DNA of 64,000 nt from Dehalococcoidales bacterium (GTDB taxonomy: Bacteria; Chloroflexota; Dehalococcoidia; Dehalococcoidales; RBG-16-60-22). Positions 18,003 to 27,854 of this stretch are shown here, one piece after another. Location: positions 42-64,041 of the forward strand of contig DAOTYE010000023.1 of the NCBI GenBank assembly GCA_034434915.1, in the 5' to 3' direction. The notes beneath the pieces were generated by a model that saw nothing but the letters and a program-made list of their open reading frames with translations, searched no databases and was not told the DNA's origin. The position numbers and the translations under genes were made by a program. Within the stretch, counting starts at the first letter, position 1, and every line of letters begins with the position of its first letter.

Positions 18003-20090
18003 CTAACCCTGCGGGATTTTCCCCCGGTACCGGCATTTAGTGCACCGCGCGCTCTCAGCACCGTACTGCGTCAGCAGGCTCCCGCATTTGGGGCAGGGCT
18101 GGGGGAGAGGCTTGAAGCTCGTGGCGAATTTGCACTCCGGGTAATTACTGCACCCGTAGAAGGTCTTTTTCTTCTTGTTGACCATCTCAGTGAGCTCGCC
18201 GCCGCACTCCGGGCATTTGACTCCGGTCTTAACGCGATAGGGCCTGGTGAACCTACATTGAGGATAACCACTGCAGGCGAAGAACTTGCCGAACCGTCCC
18301 GTCTTGATGACGATGGGCTTACCGCACTGCGGACAGGCTTCTCCTGTTTGCTCATCGGGAATCTTGACCTTTTCTGCCTTCTGGTGTGCGTTGTCCAGGT
18401 CTTTCTGGAACGGGATATAGTAATCGCGGACGACACTCACCCAGTCCCGCTTGGCTTCAACGATGTCGTCAAGCTCCTCTTCCATGCGGGCGGTGAACTT
18501 AATATCAACGATGTCATTGAAGTGCTCGGTCAGCAGGTCGTTGACCACGTAGCCAATCTCGGTGGGCTTAAAATAGCCTTTCTCTTTGGTAACATAGCCG
18601 CGCTCCTGGATGGTGGAGAGGATGGGAGCATAGGTGCTGGGACGGCCGATGCCGTTCTGCTCCAGCGTCCTGACCAGGGTGGCTTCCGTATAGCGGGGCG
18701 GCGGTTGAGTGAACTTCTGCTCTGAGAAAAGCTCAATAAGCTCAAGCGTATCACCCTTGCTCAGGCTGGGCAGGATGACTTTCTTTTCTTCCTCAGCATC
18801 ATCTTTGCTTTCACTGTAAAGGATAATGAAGCCCGGGAAGGTGTTCACCGAGCTGGACGTCCTGAGGAGATAGCTGGTCTCCTTATTTTCTGCCTCAACG
18901 TCAATAGTGGTCACGGCAAAGAGAGCCGACGCCATCTGACTGGCGACCATGCGCTTCCAGATGAGGTCGTAGAGTTTGAACTGGTTAGTGTTGAGATACT
19001 GTTTGATTGAAGCTGGCTCGCGGTGGATTCTGGTGGGGCGGATTGCTTCATGAGCTTCCTGTGCGCCCTGCACCTTGCTGGTAAAGATACGGGGGCGGGG
19101 AGGCAGATACTCCGCGCCGAATTTCTCTGAAATAAAGGCTCTGGTCTCAGTTAGGGCAGACTGGGCGACATGAGTGGAGTCCGTGCGCATATAGGTGATG
19201 AGGCCCACATTCCCTTCCTCTCCAATGGGCAAGCCTTCATAGAGTTGCTGGGCAAGCGCCATCGTCTGCTTGGCGGTGAAGTGAAACTTGCGCCAGGCTT
19301 CCTGCTGAAGCGTGCTGGTGATGAATGGTGGAGCGGGAGGGCGGGTGATATTTTTGGTAGCCACTTTGAGCACGCTGTAGTTAGCCTGTTCAAGCTCACC
19401 TTTGATGCGGTTTGCCTCAGTCTCATTGCCAATCTTGAGCGGTGAGCCATCAGCCAGCCCCACTAAGGTAGCTCTAAACGATGGCTTTTCCTTTGGCTTG
19501 CTTAACTCCGCCTCAATGACCCAGTATTCTTCAGGGACAAATTTCTGGATTTCCTGCTCGCGGTCAATGATGATTTTCACAGCCACTGATTGCACCCTGC
19601 CAGCGGAAAGACCCCGCTTCACCTTGCGCCAGAGGAGCGGACTGATTTTGTAGCCGAGCAAGCGGTCAAGGATGCGCCGCGCCTGCTGGGCGTTGACCAA
19701 CTGCATGTCAATGTCACGGGGATGCTGAAAGGCGTTCTTGACTGCCTCTTCAGTGATTTCATGGAAGACGACTCGTTTGTAGGGCAACCCATCTGATTTG
19801 ATGACCTCAGCCAGATGCCATGCGATTGCCTCGCCTTCGCGGTCGGGGTCGGTGGCGAGATAGACGGTAGAGGCATCTCTGACCGCTTCTCTAAGCTCAT
19901 TGACAATCCTGGCTTTGGCTTTGGGCACTACGTATTTGGGTGCAAAATCATTATCTATCGCTACGCCAAGGGTGCTCCGTGGGAGGTCGCGGATGTGCCC
20001 CAGCGATGCTTTGAGCACATAGCCTCTGCCCAGGATTTTGCCCAGCGTTTTTGCTTTTGCCGGCGATTCCACGATGACGATGTTTTTCAT
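18003..20090 (-). CDS. topA: DNA topoisomerase I
   Basis: Toprim 'IVESPAKAKT', 'ATDPDREGEAIAWH', catalytic-Tyr region 'ITYMRTDS', and C-terminal CxxC zinc ribbons. Confidence 0.95.
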   Translation of the reverse strand: MKNIVIVESPAKAKTLGKILGRGYVLKASLGHIRDLPRSTLGVAIDNDFAPKYVVPKAKARIVNELREAVRDASTVYLATDPDREGEAIAWHLAEVIKSDGLPYKRVVFHEITEEAVKNAFQHPRDIDMQLVNAQQARRILDRLLGYKISPLLWRKVKRGLSAGRVQSVAVKIIIDREQEIQKFVPEEYWVIEAELSKPKEKPSFRATLVGLADGSPLKIGNETEANRIKGELEQANYSVLKVATKNITRPPAPPFITSTLQQEAWRKFHFTAKQTMALAQQLYEGLPIGEEGNVGLITYMRTDSTHVAQSALTETRAFISEKFGAEYLPPRPRIFTSKVQGAQEAHEAIRPTRIHREPASIKQYLNTNQFKLYDLIWKRMVASQMASALFAVTTIDVEAENKETSYLLRTSSSVNTFPGFIILYSESKDDAEEEKKVILPSLSKGDTLELIELFSEQKFTQPPPRYTEATLVRTLEQNGIGRPSTYAPILSTIQERGYVTKEKGYFKPTEIGYVVNDLLTEHFNDIVDIKFTARMEEELDDIVEAKRDWVSVVRDYYIPFQKDLDNAHQKAEKVKIPDEQTGEACPQCGKPIVIKTGRFGKFFACSGYPQCRFTRPYRVKTGVKCPECGGELTEMVNKKKKTFYGCSNYPECKFATSFKPLPQPCPKCGSLLTQYGAESARCTKCRYRGKIPQG

Positions 20091-20091
20091 A

Positions 20092-21213
20092 TCAGTCCAC
20101 TTTCACCCGGTATTGCTCGCGGACTTCCCTCGCCAGAACGTAGCTCATCGGTCCCACCTGTTTCACCAGACCTTTTAACTCCATCATGGCAAGCGTACTG
20201 CTCACCGTAGCCACCGGCAGTCCGCTGGTGCGGCAGACTTCATCAATATGGGTGGGCTCAGCGCTGAGTTTTTTCATCAACAGTGATTCCGTATCTGTCT
20301 CCGGCAGAACCTCTTTCATTTCCAACTGCTGAGCGACGGCGGTAAGGTTCAGCTCTTCCAGAATATCAGTATAATCCCGCACCAGCTTGGCGCCTTCCTG
20401 AATCAGGCGGTTAGTGCCACGGCTGGCAGGGGATAAAATGCTTCCTGGCACCGCAAAGACCTCACGGTTCTGCTCCACTGCCAGCTGGGCGGTAATCATG
20501 GCGCCGCTGGTCTCATCGCCTTCAGTCACCAGCACGCCCAGACTCATGCCGCTCAGGATGCGGTTGCGGCGGGGGAAGTTCTCCGCACGGGGCTTGGTGC
20601 CCAGCGGGTATTCACTGATGAGGGCGCCCTGCTGAATGATGCGCCGCGCCAGGCGGGCATTTTCAGCGGGATAAACGATGTCCAGCCCACAGCCGCAGAT
20701 GGCAATTGTTCTGCCGCCAGCTTCCAGCGCCGCCTGGTGGGCAATGGTATCAATGCCCTTAGCTAGACCGCTGACGATGGTGATTTTATTCCTGACCAGG
20801 TCAGTGACGATTTCTTCCGTGACCTGCCGGCCGTACACCGTTGCCCGCCGCGTGCCTACGATGGCGATACACCACTCGTCTGCCGGGAGGAGTGAGCCCC
20901 TGATATAGATGACCGGAGGATAATCGTAGATTTCTTTGAGGCGGGCGGGATAGTCTTTGTCATGATAGGTGAGTACCTGCACACCGTAGCGGTCAAGCTT
21001 CTCCATCTCAGCATCAAGGGCGATTTTAGGACGCCAGTCAGAAATAGCGTTGACCGTGCTCTCATCCAGCCCTGCCTGTTTCAGTTCAGCCGCAGACGCA
21101 TGCCAGGCGTTTTCCAGCGTGCCGAAATGGCTCTCAAGCTGGGAGAATTTCACCCGCCCGATGCCGGGGATGATATTGAAGCCCACCCAATAGCTAAGCT
21201 CTTTTTGTTCCAT
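20092..21213 (-). CDS. dprA: DNA-processing protein DprA (Smf)
   Basis: 'IAIVGTRRAT.YG', 'IVSGLAKGIDT.AH' and a C-terminal winged-helix region. Located immediately upstream of topA. Confidence 0.9.
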   Translation of the reverse strand: MEQKELSYWVGFNIIPGIGRVKFSQLESHFGTLENAWHASAAELKQAGLDESTVNAISDWRPKIALDAEMEKLDRYGVQVLTYHDKDYPARLKEIYDYPPVIYIRGSLLPADEWCIAIVGTRRATVYGRQVTEEIVTDLVRNKITIVSGLAKGIDTIAHQAALEAGGRTIAICGCGLDIVYPAENARLARRIIQQGALISEYPLGTKPRAENFPRRNRILSGMSLGVLVTEGDETSGAMITAQLAVEQNREVFAVPGSILSPASRGTNRLIQEGAKLVRDYTDILEELNLTAVAQQLEMKEVLPETDTESLLMKKLSAEPTHIDEVCRTSGLPVATVSSTLAMMELKGLVKQVGPMSYVLAREVREQYRVKVD

Positions 21214-21238
21214 ATTACCTTACATTATATATAAAAGA

Positions 21239-21330
<92 letters not shown>

Positions 21331-21393
21331 GCGGGCTTCTGTCTTATTTTATCTTGAGCTAGTTATCCGTCCCGTGTCAAATCCTTTCTGTCA

Positions 21394-21485
21394 TGGCGGA
21401 GAGGGTGGGATTCGAACCCACGTCCCGATTTGCACCGGGAACCGCTTTTCGAGAGCGGCACCATCAACCACTCGGACACCTCTCC
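21394..21485 (-). tRNA. tRNA-Ser (anticodon CGA), type II, CCA encoded
   Basis: Same acceptor and T-arm as the neighbouring tRNA-Ser. Anticodon stem ccgct/agcgg with loop cuCGAaa. Confidence 0.9.
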
Positions 21486-21752
21486 AGATAGCTCTGCAAT
21501 AGTGTAATTATACCCGCTCAAAGAGTGGGGCGTCAAAGCTTCCCCAGAGTCTGTAATAGTTCCCGTAGCTGAGGTCATAAGCGATAAAGCGAGGCGGTGA
21601 TGAGGCAGGCAAGGTGGCAGGGTGCCTGGCTGCCATCAGTCAAGCTCAGGATGAGTATGGTCATGATAACAGTACTAACCAGGACCGGGAGAGATGTGGC
21701 TGAAGTTATTTTGCCGGGGTAATCTGTGCTGTGCTAAAATGGCTCAACACCG

Positions 21753-23024
21753 ATGTCAGAAGTCTCAAGGCGGACACCTTTCTACTACGGCTGGGTAATA
21801 GCCTTCAGTTTTCTCATCAGCGGCATTGCCATCTACGGCGTCCGTTTCACCTACGGCGTTTTCTTTAAATCTCTGGAAAGCGAGTTCAGCCTTTCCCGGG
21901 CGGCGACCTCTTCCATCCTTTCCATCAATCTGGTGGTGTCCGGCATATCCGCTTTTCTGATGGGCTGGGCTCTGGATAGATACGGACCGAAGGTCGCCAT
22001 GTTTGTGATGGGCTTACTGACAGGGCTGGGACTGGTTGCCACTGGTTTTGCCAACTCCCTGTGGCACTTATACCTGACTTATGGCGTTCTGGTGGCAATG
22101 GGTATTGGCGCTGTTTTTGTAGTTCCCATGGCGACTATTTCCAGATGGTTTGACCGGAAACGGGGTCTGGCGGCTGGCATTGCCAGCTCAGGCATCGGGC
22201 TGGGGCCGATAATCCTGGCACCTCTGGGCACTTACATCATCCTGAACTATAGCTGGCGTGTTGCTTTTATCGTCACGGGCTTTGCCGCGCTAATCGTCAT
22301 TATTGCGGTATCCAGGTTGCTGAAAAGAAGCCCGGAAAGGCATGAGGCACTTCCTGGCAGGAACAGCACATTATCAAATGAAGAGAGACAAGACGCCAGA
22401 CAACAAGACGGGCTATCTCTGAGTGAAGCCCTGCGGGCGCGCAGTTTTTACCTGATTCTACTGATATACGTCTTTTTCTCCTCCAGCATTTTCTTTGTCA
22501 CGACCCATCTGGTCCCTCACGTGACTGACGCCGGTTTCTCCGCCATGGATGCGGCGGCGGTGCTCAGCATGATAGGCGCCGCGGCGATTGCGGGCAGGGT
22601 GCTGATGGGGATTGTTTCTGACAGGTTTGGCAGGAGATTCGCCGTCGTTTTATGTGCTTTGCTTCAGAGCGCCGCCATCCTGTCTCTAATCTGGGCGCGT
22701 GAGTACAGGATGATAGAGGTATTCGCTGTTGTTTATGGTGTCGCTTACAGCGGTATGAGCCCATCGCTGGCAGCCCTTATCGGCGATACGTTTGGCGTCA
22801 GCCGGCTCGGCACCATACTGGGCGTGCTTGAAGTGGGGTTTGGGCTCGGGGCGGCTGCCGGCCCAACCGTAGGCGGATACATCTTTGACGTTACCGGCAG
22901 TTATCATGCCGCGTTTGTACTGTGGTCAGCGGCGATGTTCACCGCAGGCCTGATTGCGTTCCTGGTGAGGCGGGAACAAAGCCAGGATGTCAGTAGATTA
23001 CTCACATTGACAGACAGCACCTAA
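21753..23024 (+). CDS. MFS transporter (oxalate/formate-antiporter-like subfamily by appearance)
   Basis: 423 aa with about 12 TM segments. 'GWALDRYGPK' and 'GIVSDRFGRR' are MFS loop motifs. Confidence 0.75.
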   Translation: MSEVSRRTPFYYGWVIAFSFLISGIAIYGVRFTYGVFFKSLESEFSLSRAATSSILSINLVVSGISAFLMGWALDRYGPKVAMFVMGLLTGLGLVATGFANSLWHLYLTYGVLVAMGIGAVFVVPMATISRWFDRKRGLAAGIASSGIGLGPIILAPLGTYIILNYSWRVAFIVTGFAALIVIIAVSRLLKRSPERHEALPGRNSTLSNEERQDARQQDGLSLSEALRARSFYLILLIYVFFSSSIFFVTTHLVPHVTDAGFSAMDAAAVLSMIGAAAIAGRVLMGIVSDRFGRRFAVVLCALLQSAAILSLIWAREYRMIEVFAVVYGVAYSGMSPSLAALIGDTFGVSRLGTILGVLEVGFGLGAAAGPTVGGYIFDVTGSYHAAFVLWSAAMFTAGLIAFLVRREQSQDVSRLLTLTDST

Positions 23025-23113
23025 AGCCAATATACTATGTGCCAAGAAACGCGTTAGCTCCGGTTTTTTCACCGGACGCAAAAAGTTCATAAGTGAAAGA
23101 AGGAGGAACGGGT

Positions 23114-23752
23114 ATGGCAGACATTCTCAAAGCTATTGCGCAGGGCGTGGAGAAGGGGGATGACCAGAAGGTGGTGGAACTGGTGACGCAGGCAGTTAAG
23201 AGCGGGATACCAGCACTGCAGGTTCTGGACAAGGGATTGGTGCCGGGCATCCAGGCGCTGGGCAGATGCTTTAAAGAGGGGACAGCATATCTGCCGGAGG
23301 TGCTGATTGCCACCAGAGCGATGAACCGGGGCGTGGAGGTCCTCAAGCCACACCTCGCCAATGTCAAAGTCCAGAGCAAGGGGACTGTGGTTATCGGCAC
23401 GGTAGAAGGGGACATGCACGACATCGGCAAGAACCTGGTGAGACTGATGCTGGAGAGCAATGGCTTTACAGTTGATGACCTGGGCAATGATGTTTTGCCG
23501 GATACCTTCGTCAGCGCGGTGAAGAGCAAGCCGGTGGATATAGTCGCCATGTCAGCGCTCCTTACCATGACCATGACCAATATGCCCAGGGTCATTGAGG
23601 CATTGAAACAGGCGGGATTGAGAGATAAGGTTAAAATTATGATTGGCGGCGCTCCCATCACTCGGGAGTTCGCCAACGAGATTGGAGCGGAGGGGTTTGC
23701 GGAAGACTGCGTGTCAGCCGTTGATGAAGCACTGAAACTGGTGAAGAAATAG
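23114..23752 (+). CDS. Corrinoid (cobalamin-binding) protein of a methyltransferase system
   Basis: 'GTVEGDMHDIGKNLV' is the DxHxxG base-off/His-on B12 motif (His codon 23417-23419). 'SALLTMT' and 'IMIGGAP' are present, with an N-terminal helical cap. SD gaaggagga precedes the ATG at 23114. Confidence 0.85.
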   Translation: MADILKAIAQGVEKGDDQKVVELVTQAVKSGIPALQVLDKGLVPGIQALGRCFKEGTAYLPEVLIATRAMNRGVEVLKPHLANVKVQSKGTVVIGTVEGDMHDIGKNLVRLMLESNGFTVDDLGNDVLPDTFVSAVKSKPVDIVAMSALLTMTMTNMPRVIEALKQAGLRDKVKIMIGGAPITREFANEIGAEGFAEDCVSAVDEALKLVKK

Positions 23753-23762
23753 GAGGGGTCTC

Positions 23763-24959
23763 ATGAGCCAGGATAAGACCTCCATGCCCAACAGGGAAAA
23801 ATTTAAGGCATTCTGTCACGGGGAGCGGCTGGGTGAAGTCCCCTTGTATAGCTGGTTTCATCGCTACTGGACAGATACCCCTGAGGAATGGATTAAAAAG
23901 GGAGCACCTAAAGAGATAGGGACCGGAAAGGGGTTCCGGGAGTATTTCCAGCTGGACCATCTCCACGGCTTGGAAGAAATCGTCTCTGAAATTAACCGTG
24001 CTGACTTAAAGAATGATGCCACCGTTCAGGGCCCGGGGCGCTATCATCCCACACCGCCCATCGTCCCAGTTTTTCCCCTGAAGACATTGCGAGAAGATGA
24101 GCGCCACCGTGTAGAGACGACTTATAGCGGAGCCATTGTGGAAGTGTCTAAAGAGTTCCCCTGGCGCATGCCTAAATACCTTGAATACCCGGTAAAAGAC
24201 TGGGCGACCTGGAAAGAGTATAAAAAAAGGCTTGACCCGTATACTCCTGAGCGCTGGCCCAAGGACTGGTGGAGCTTTGTAGAGAAGCGGAACAAAGAAG
24301 ATGTGCCCACCATGTTGCTTATGGCTGGATTTTTTGGCGTGCTGAGAGAATGGACCGGCGTAGAGAGACTGCTCTACATGTTTTATGACGAACCTAAGCT
24401 CGTTGAAGACATGATGGACCAGGTGCTCTATCTCATTCTGGGAGTGGCGCGAAGGGTAGTCAAGGACATGAGAATTGAGGCTATCCGTTTCTGGGAAGAC
24501 ATGGCATACCGCAGTGGTCCGCTCATCTCCCCGGACATGGTCAGAAAATTCATGGCACCGCGCTACAAGCAGGTAACAGATTTCATGCGCAGTCATGGCG
24601 TTGACATCATCCACATTGATAGCGATGGCAATATCCATGAGCTTATCCCCATCTGGCTTGAGTGCGGCATCAATTTTCCGTGGCCCTTTGAAATTGCCGC
24701 AGGGAATGACCCTGTGGCGATGAGGAAAAAATACGGCAAGAATCTGATAATTGGAGGCGGGATAGATAAGAAGGCACTGATTGCTGGCAAAGAAGCAACC
24801 AAGCAGGAAGTCATGTCCAAGGTGCCGTATCTGGTGAAAACAGGCGGCTATTTCCCCGGTCTTGACCATGTCATTCCGCCGGATGTGCCGTTTGAAAACT
24901 TCAAGTATTTCATCAATTTGCTCCGGGAAATCAATGGCATGCCCAAATTGCCAGAATAG
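23763..24959 (+). CDS. Uroporphyrinogen-decarboxylase (URO-D) family protein, putative corrinoid-dependent methyltransferase
   Basis: 398 aa. The 'FWEDMAYRSGPLISP..........GVDIIHIDSDGNI' TIM-barrel pattern is typical of the URO-D/MtaA-like family. Starts 10 nt after the corrinoid protein gene. Confidence 0.65.
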   Translation: MSQDKTSMPNREKFKAFCHGERLGEVPLYSWFHRYWTDTPEEWIKKGAPKEIGTGKGFREYFQLDHLHGLEEIVSEINRADLKNDATVQGPGRYHPTPPIVPVFPLKTLREDERHRVETTYSGAIVEVSKEFPWRMPKYLEYPVKDWATWKEYKKRLDPYTPERWPKDWWSFVEKRNKEDVPTMLLMAGFFGVLREWTGVERLLYMFYDEPKLVEDMMDQVLYLILGVARRVVKDMRIEAIRFWEDMAYRSGPLISPDMVRKFMAPRYKQVTDFMRSHGVDIIHIDSDGNIHELIPIWLECGINFPWPFEIAAGNDPVAMRKKYGKNLIIGGGIDKKALIAGKEATKQEVMSKVPYLVKTGGYFPGLDHVIPPDVPFENFKYFINLLREINGMPKLPE

Positions 24960-24982
24960 CTGAGTTAAAGGGAATTGCGAAA

Positions 24983-25771
24983 ATGAAGAATCTCAAACAG
25001 GCTCTCCGCAATGGAGAGCCTATTATTGGCGTTATCATCGCCTCAGGTAGTCCGGCAATGGTGGAGATAGCAGGATACGCCGGATACGATTTCGTTTACA
25101 TTGATTGCGAACATGGCGTGACCAGCCCTTTTGGACGGGAATTTCAGGAGATGGTGCGCGCGGCGGAGGCGGCGGATATCACAGCTATTACCCGCATCAT
25201 CAGCAATGATGTGAGCCAGGTGCGCAAGGTTCTGGATTCTGGCGCCAAAGGTGTGGTCGTCCCGTTCCTGAACACGGCAGAGGACGCGCAGAAGCTGGTG
25301 GCGAACTGCCTGTATCCGCCGGAGGGCAACCGGGGTGCGGCGCCCGGGGTGAGAGCACCCCAGTATGGCGCCATGGACTGGTACGAGTTTATGAAAAAGT
25401 CCAACGATGAGATACTTGCCGTTGGCATACTGGAGCGGCAACAGGGTATGGCAAATCTGGAGGCGATTTGCTCGGTGAAAGGGTTGACAGCGGTATTCAC
25501 CGGATTTTTTGACTTCGGGCTGGAGCTGGCACTGCCGGAGAAAGATGCCGCAGCGGTCATAGACCAAGCTCGCACCAGGGTCATCAGCATCGCCAGCAAG
25601 AAGGGTGTGTTCGTGGGCGATGTGGCATTGACTCCGCAGATGGTGCCTTCGCTGGTGAGGCAGGGCGTGCGCATTATCCTGACGCCTGCGGACACCAGCC
25701 TGTTTCTGGGTGTGGCAAAGCAATTTGTGGAAGAGTCACGGACGCTGTTAAAGAAAGTGAAGATTAAATAA
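24983..25771 (+). CDS. HpcH/HpaI-family aldolase
   Basis: 'SPAMVEIAGYAGYDFVYIDCEHG', 'RIISND' and 'GVVVPF.NTAEDA' resemble class II 2-keto-3-deoxy-acid aldolases. Confidence 0.7.
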   Translation: MKNLKQALRNGEPIIGVIIASGSPAMVEIAGYAGYDFVYIDCEHGVTSPFGREFQEMVRAAEAADITAITRIISNDVSQVRKVLDSGAKGVVVPFLNTAEDAQKLVANCLYPPEGNRGAAPGVRAPQYGAMDWYEFMKKSNDEILAVGILERQQGMANLEAICSVKGLTAVFTGFFDFGLELALPEKDAAAVIDQARTRVISIASKKGVFVGDVALTPQMVPSLVRQGVRIILTPADTSLFLGVAKQFVEESRTLLKKVKIK

Positions 25772-25786
25772 AGGGAGGAGAGTTCA

Positions 25787-26167
25787 ATGGCTAAAACAGT
25801 AAAGATTAAGTCAGGGGCGATTGAAGTCTCCGCTGAGTTTAACGACACGAAGACTGCGGAGGCAATCTGGAAAGCGCTTCCCATCAAGGCGAGGGCAAAC
25901 CGGTGGGGGGATGAAATCTACTTTTCCATACCGGTGAGGCTGGGGCAGGAAAAGGGACAGGAACTAGTCAGCGTGGGGGATTTAGCCTACTGGCCCTCCG
26001 GGAGCGGCTTCTGTATTTTCTTCGGTCCCACTCCAGTCAGCGTGGGCAATGAGCCACGCCCAGCAAGCGCAGTGACGGTATTTGGCAAAGTCATCGGAGA
26101 TGCCACGGTGTTCCGAAAAGTAGCGGACGGGGCTGAAATCACCATCAGCAGAGAAAAAGAGAGTTAA
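25787..26167 (+). CDS. Cyclophilin-like-fold protein (TM1367/DUF3830-like)
   Basis: 126 aa. 'TAEAIWKALPI.A.ANRWGDEIYFSIPV' and 'GDLAYWPSGSGFCIFFGPTP' match my memory of the cyclophilin-like DUF family. Strong SD. Confidence 0.5.
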   Translation: MAKTVKIKSGAIEVSAEFNDTKTAEAIWKALPIKARANRWGDEIYFSIPVRLGQEKGQELVSVGDLAYWPSGSGFCIFFGPTPVSVGNEPRPASAVTVFGKVIGDATVFRKVADGAEITISREKES

Positions 26168-26273
26168 AGAATAATTTATTCCCAGCCACTTTTTTCTCAC
26201 ACGTACTTCTGCTATAATAGCGTGGTTTTTAGCATACTCTGCTCAGCAAATTTCAGAGGAAGGAGGTTAGTGA

Positions 26274-27707
26274 ATGGCAGAGTTTGAAGAAGTCCCGGAA
26301 CTGGAAGGCACAGGTCCTGCAGGCACACCCAAGCAATTTATCATTTACCTTCTCGTCAATGCGGCTATTGGAGTGGGATTATGGTACCTGCTTCATGACA
26401 TGAAGCAGACTATTGCTGGCACTATTTTCATCGCCCTGGTCATCGGCACGCTGATGTTCTGGAGATTCAGAGTGGGTCTGGCGTTTATCGGCATCGTCCT
26501 CCTGTTGCTTACCGGCACCATAGACCTGCACCATACCATTGAGTTCATGAGCCTGGACGTCATCATCTTCCTCGTGGGCATGATGGTAATTGTCGGTCTT
26601 CTGCGCCGCTCCGGTTTTTTCAGGTGGCTGCTCGCCGGCGGGTTGAAGCTTACTAACTTCAGACCGAATCTTTTAATGGCGGCAATCATGTGCCTCGCGG
26701 CGATAAGCGCGGCAATGGTGGATGAAGTTACCTCCATCCTGTTCGTTTCAGCACTGGTGCTTGACATGTGCGATTATTTTAAAGTCAGGCCGGTGAATTA
26801 CATCATTTCCGTGGTCTTTGCCACCAACATCGGTAGCTCATGGACGGTGCTGGGCAATCCCATCGGTATTTTAATTGCTCTGAGGTCTGGTCTCACGTTT
26901 GAGGATTTCATCAAGGTTGCTTTGCCAATCGGTGTAGTTTCACTGTTTTCTTTAATTGTCATCTCTCTGCTCTGGCAGAGAGGTGAACTGAACAAACTCA
27001 GAGAAGAGATTAAAAAGGGCTCCATAGAAGAGCAAAAGAGGTTCCTTAGCGAATGGGCGAAAGTTAAAGACAAAAAGCTCTTCACCGGCAGTGCCATCAT
27101 CTTCGGTCTGGTTATCATCTTTCTGGCACTGCATTACCGAATGGAGCTGGCGCTGGGGCTGGAGCATAATACCCTGCTGGTGGCTATTTCCATCGCCGGG
27201 GCGGGTATCGTCATGCTGTGGCAGAGGAAAGATGCTAAAGATTTTATCATGAAGGACGTGGACTGGTGGACACTGACGTTTTTCATGTTCCTGTTTGCTA
27301 AAGCCGGAACGATTCAGTACGTGGGGCTGACTGAGGTCATTGCAGACGGGCTGACTGCTCTTGCGGCGGCTGGTGGGGTGACCTTGCTTATCGTCATCAT
27401 GGTGTGGCTCACCGGTTTTACTTCTGCGGCAATGGATAACGTGGTGGTGGTGGCGGCTTTCCTGCCTGTGATTCACGCGCTGACTGCAGATATAGGCAGT
27501 CCGGTGCTGTACTGGGCGCTTCTTACCGGCGGCTGTTACGGTGGCAATATGACCATGGTGGGGTCTACGGCAAACATCGTGGCGCTGGGTATCCTGGAAG
27601 TGAGAAAGGGCTACCACATGACACTGCGCTACTGGATACTCATCGGTCTGCTGGGTTCCATCGTGCCGATGGCGATTGCCACAATAATGCTGATGCTCAT
27701 GTTTTAG
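26274..27707 (+). CDS. ArsB/NhaD/CitMHS-superfamily anion permease
   Basis: 477 aa, polytopic, with two hydrophobic halves separated by a charged loop (EEIKKGSIEEQKRFLSEWAKVKDKK). Strong SD. Confidence 0.6.
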   Translation: MAEFEEVPELEGTGPAGTPKQFIIYLLVNAAIGVGLWYLLHDMKQTIAGTIFIALVIGTLMFWRFRVGLAFIGIVLLLLTGTIDLHHTIEFMSLDVIIFLVGMMVIVGLLRRSGFFRWLLAGGLKLTNFRPNLLMAAIMCLAAISAAMVDEVTSILFVSALVLDMCDYFKVRPVNYIISVVFATNIGSSWTVLGNPIGILIALRSGLTFEDFIKVALPIGVVSLFSLIVISLLWQRGELNKLREEIKKGSIEEQKRFLSEWAKVKDKKLFTGSAIIFGLVIIFLALHYRMELALGLEHNTLLVAISIAGAGIVMLWQRKDAKDFIMKDVDWWTLTFFMFLFAKAGTIQYVGLTEVIADGLTALAAAGGVTLLIVIMVWLTGFTSAAMDNVVVVAAFLPVIHALTADIGSPVLYWALLTGGCYGGNMTMVGSTANIVALGILEVRKGYHMTLRYWILIGLLGSIVPMAIATIMLMLMF

Positions 27708-27760
27708 ATAGCAATTGGCTTTGCTTTTTTGCAGGTTGAAGAGTATCATTTAATAGGAAA

Positions 27761-27833
27761 GCCCCTGTAGCTCAGGTGGATAGAGCACCAGCCTCCGGAG
27801 CTGGTTGCCGGCGTTCGAGTCGCCGCAGGGGCG
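27761..27833 (+). tRNA. tRNA-Arg (anticodon CCG), no encoded CCA
   Basis: Acceptor gcccctg/caggggc. Anticodon stem ccagc/gctgg with loop cuCCGga. T-loop gttcgagtc. Confidence 0.9.
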
Positions 27834-27854
27834 TTTTCTATGACAGGAGATAGT

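Noticed and set aside
21363-21578. 71-aa minus-strand ORF
   Set aside because: It overlaps tRNA-Ser(CGA) almost entirely, has no SD, and is an artefact of the tRNA sequence.
21486-21752. Possible riboswitch (for example cobalamin) in the 267-nt leader of the MFS/corrinoid cassette
   Set aside because: It contains one imperfect long hairpin (about 21598-21645). I find no B12-box-like or other riboswitch core consensus, so support is not sufficient.
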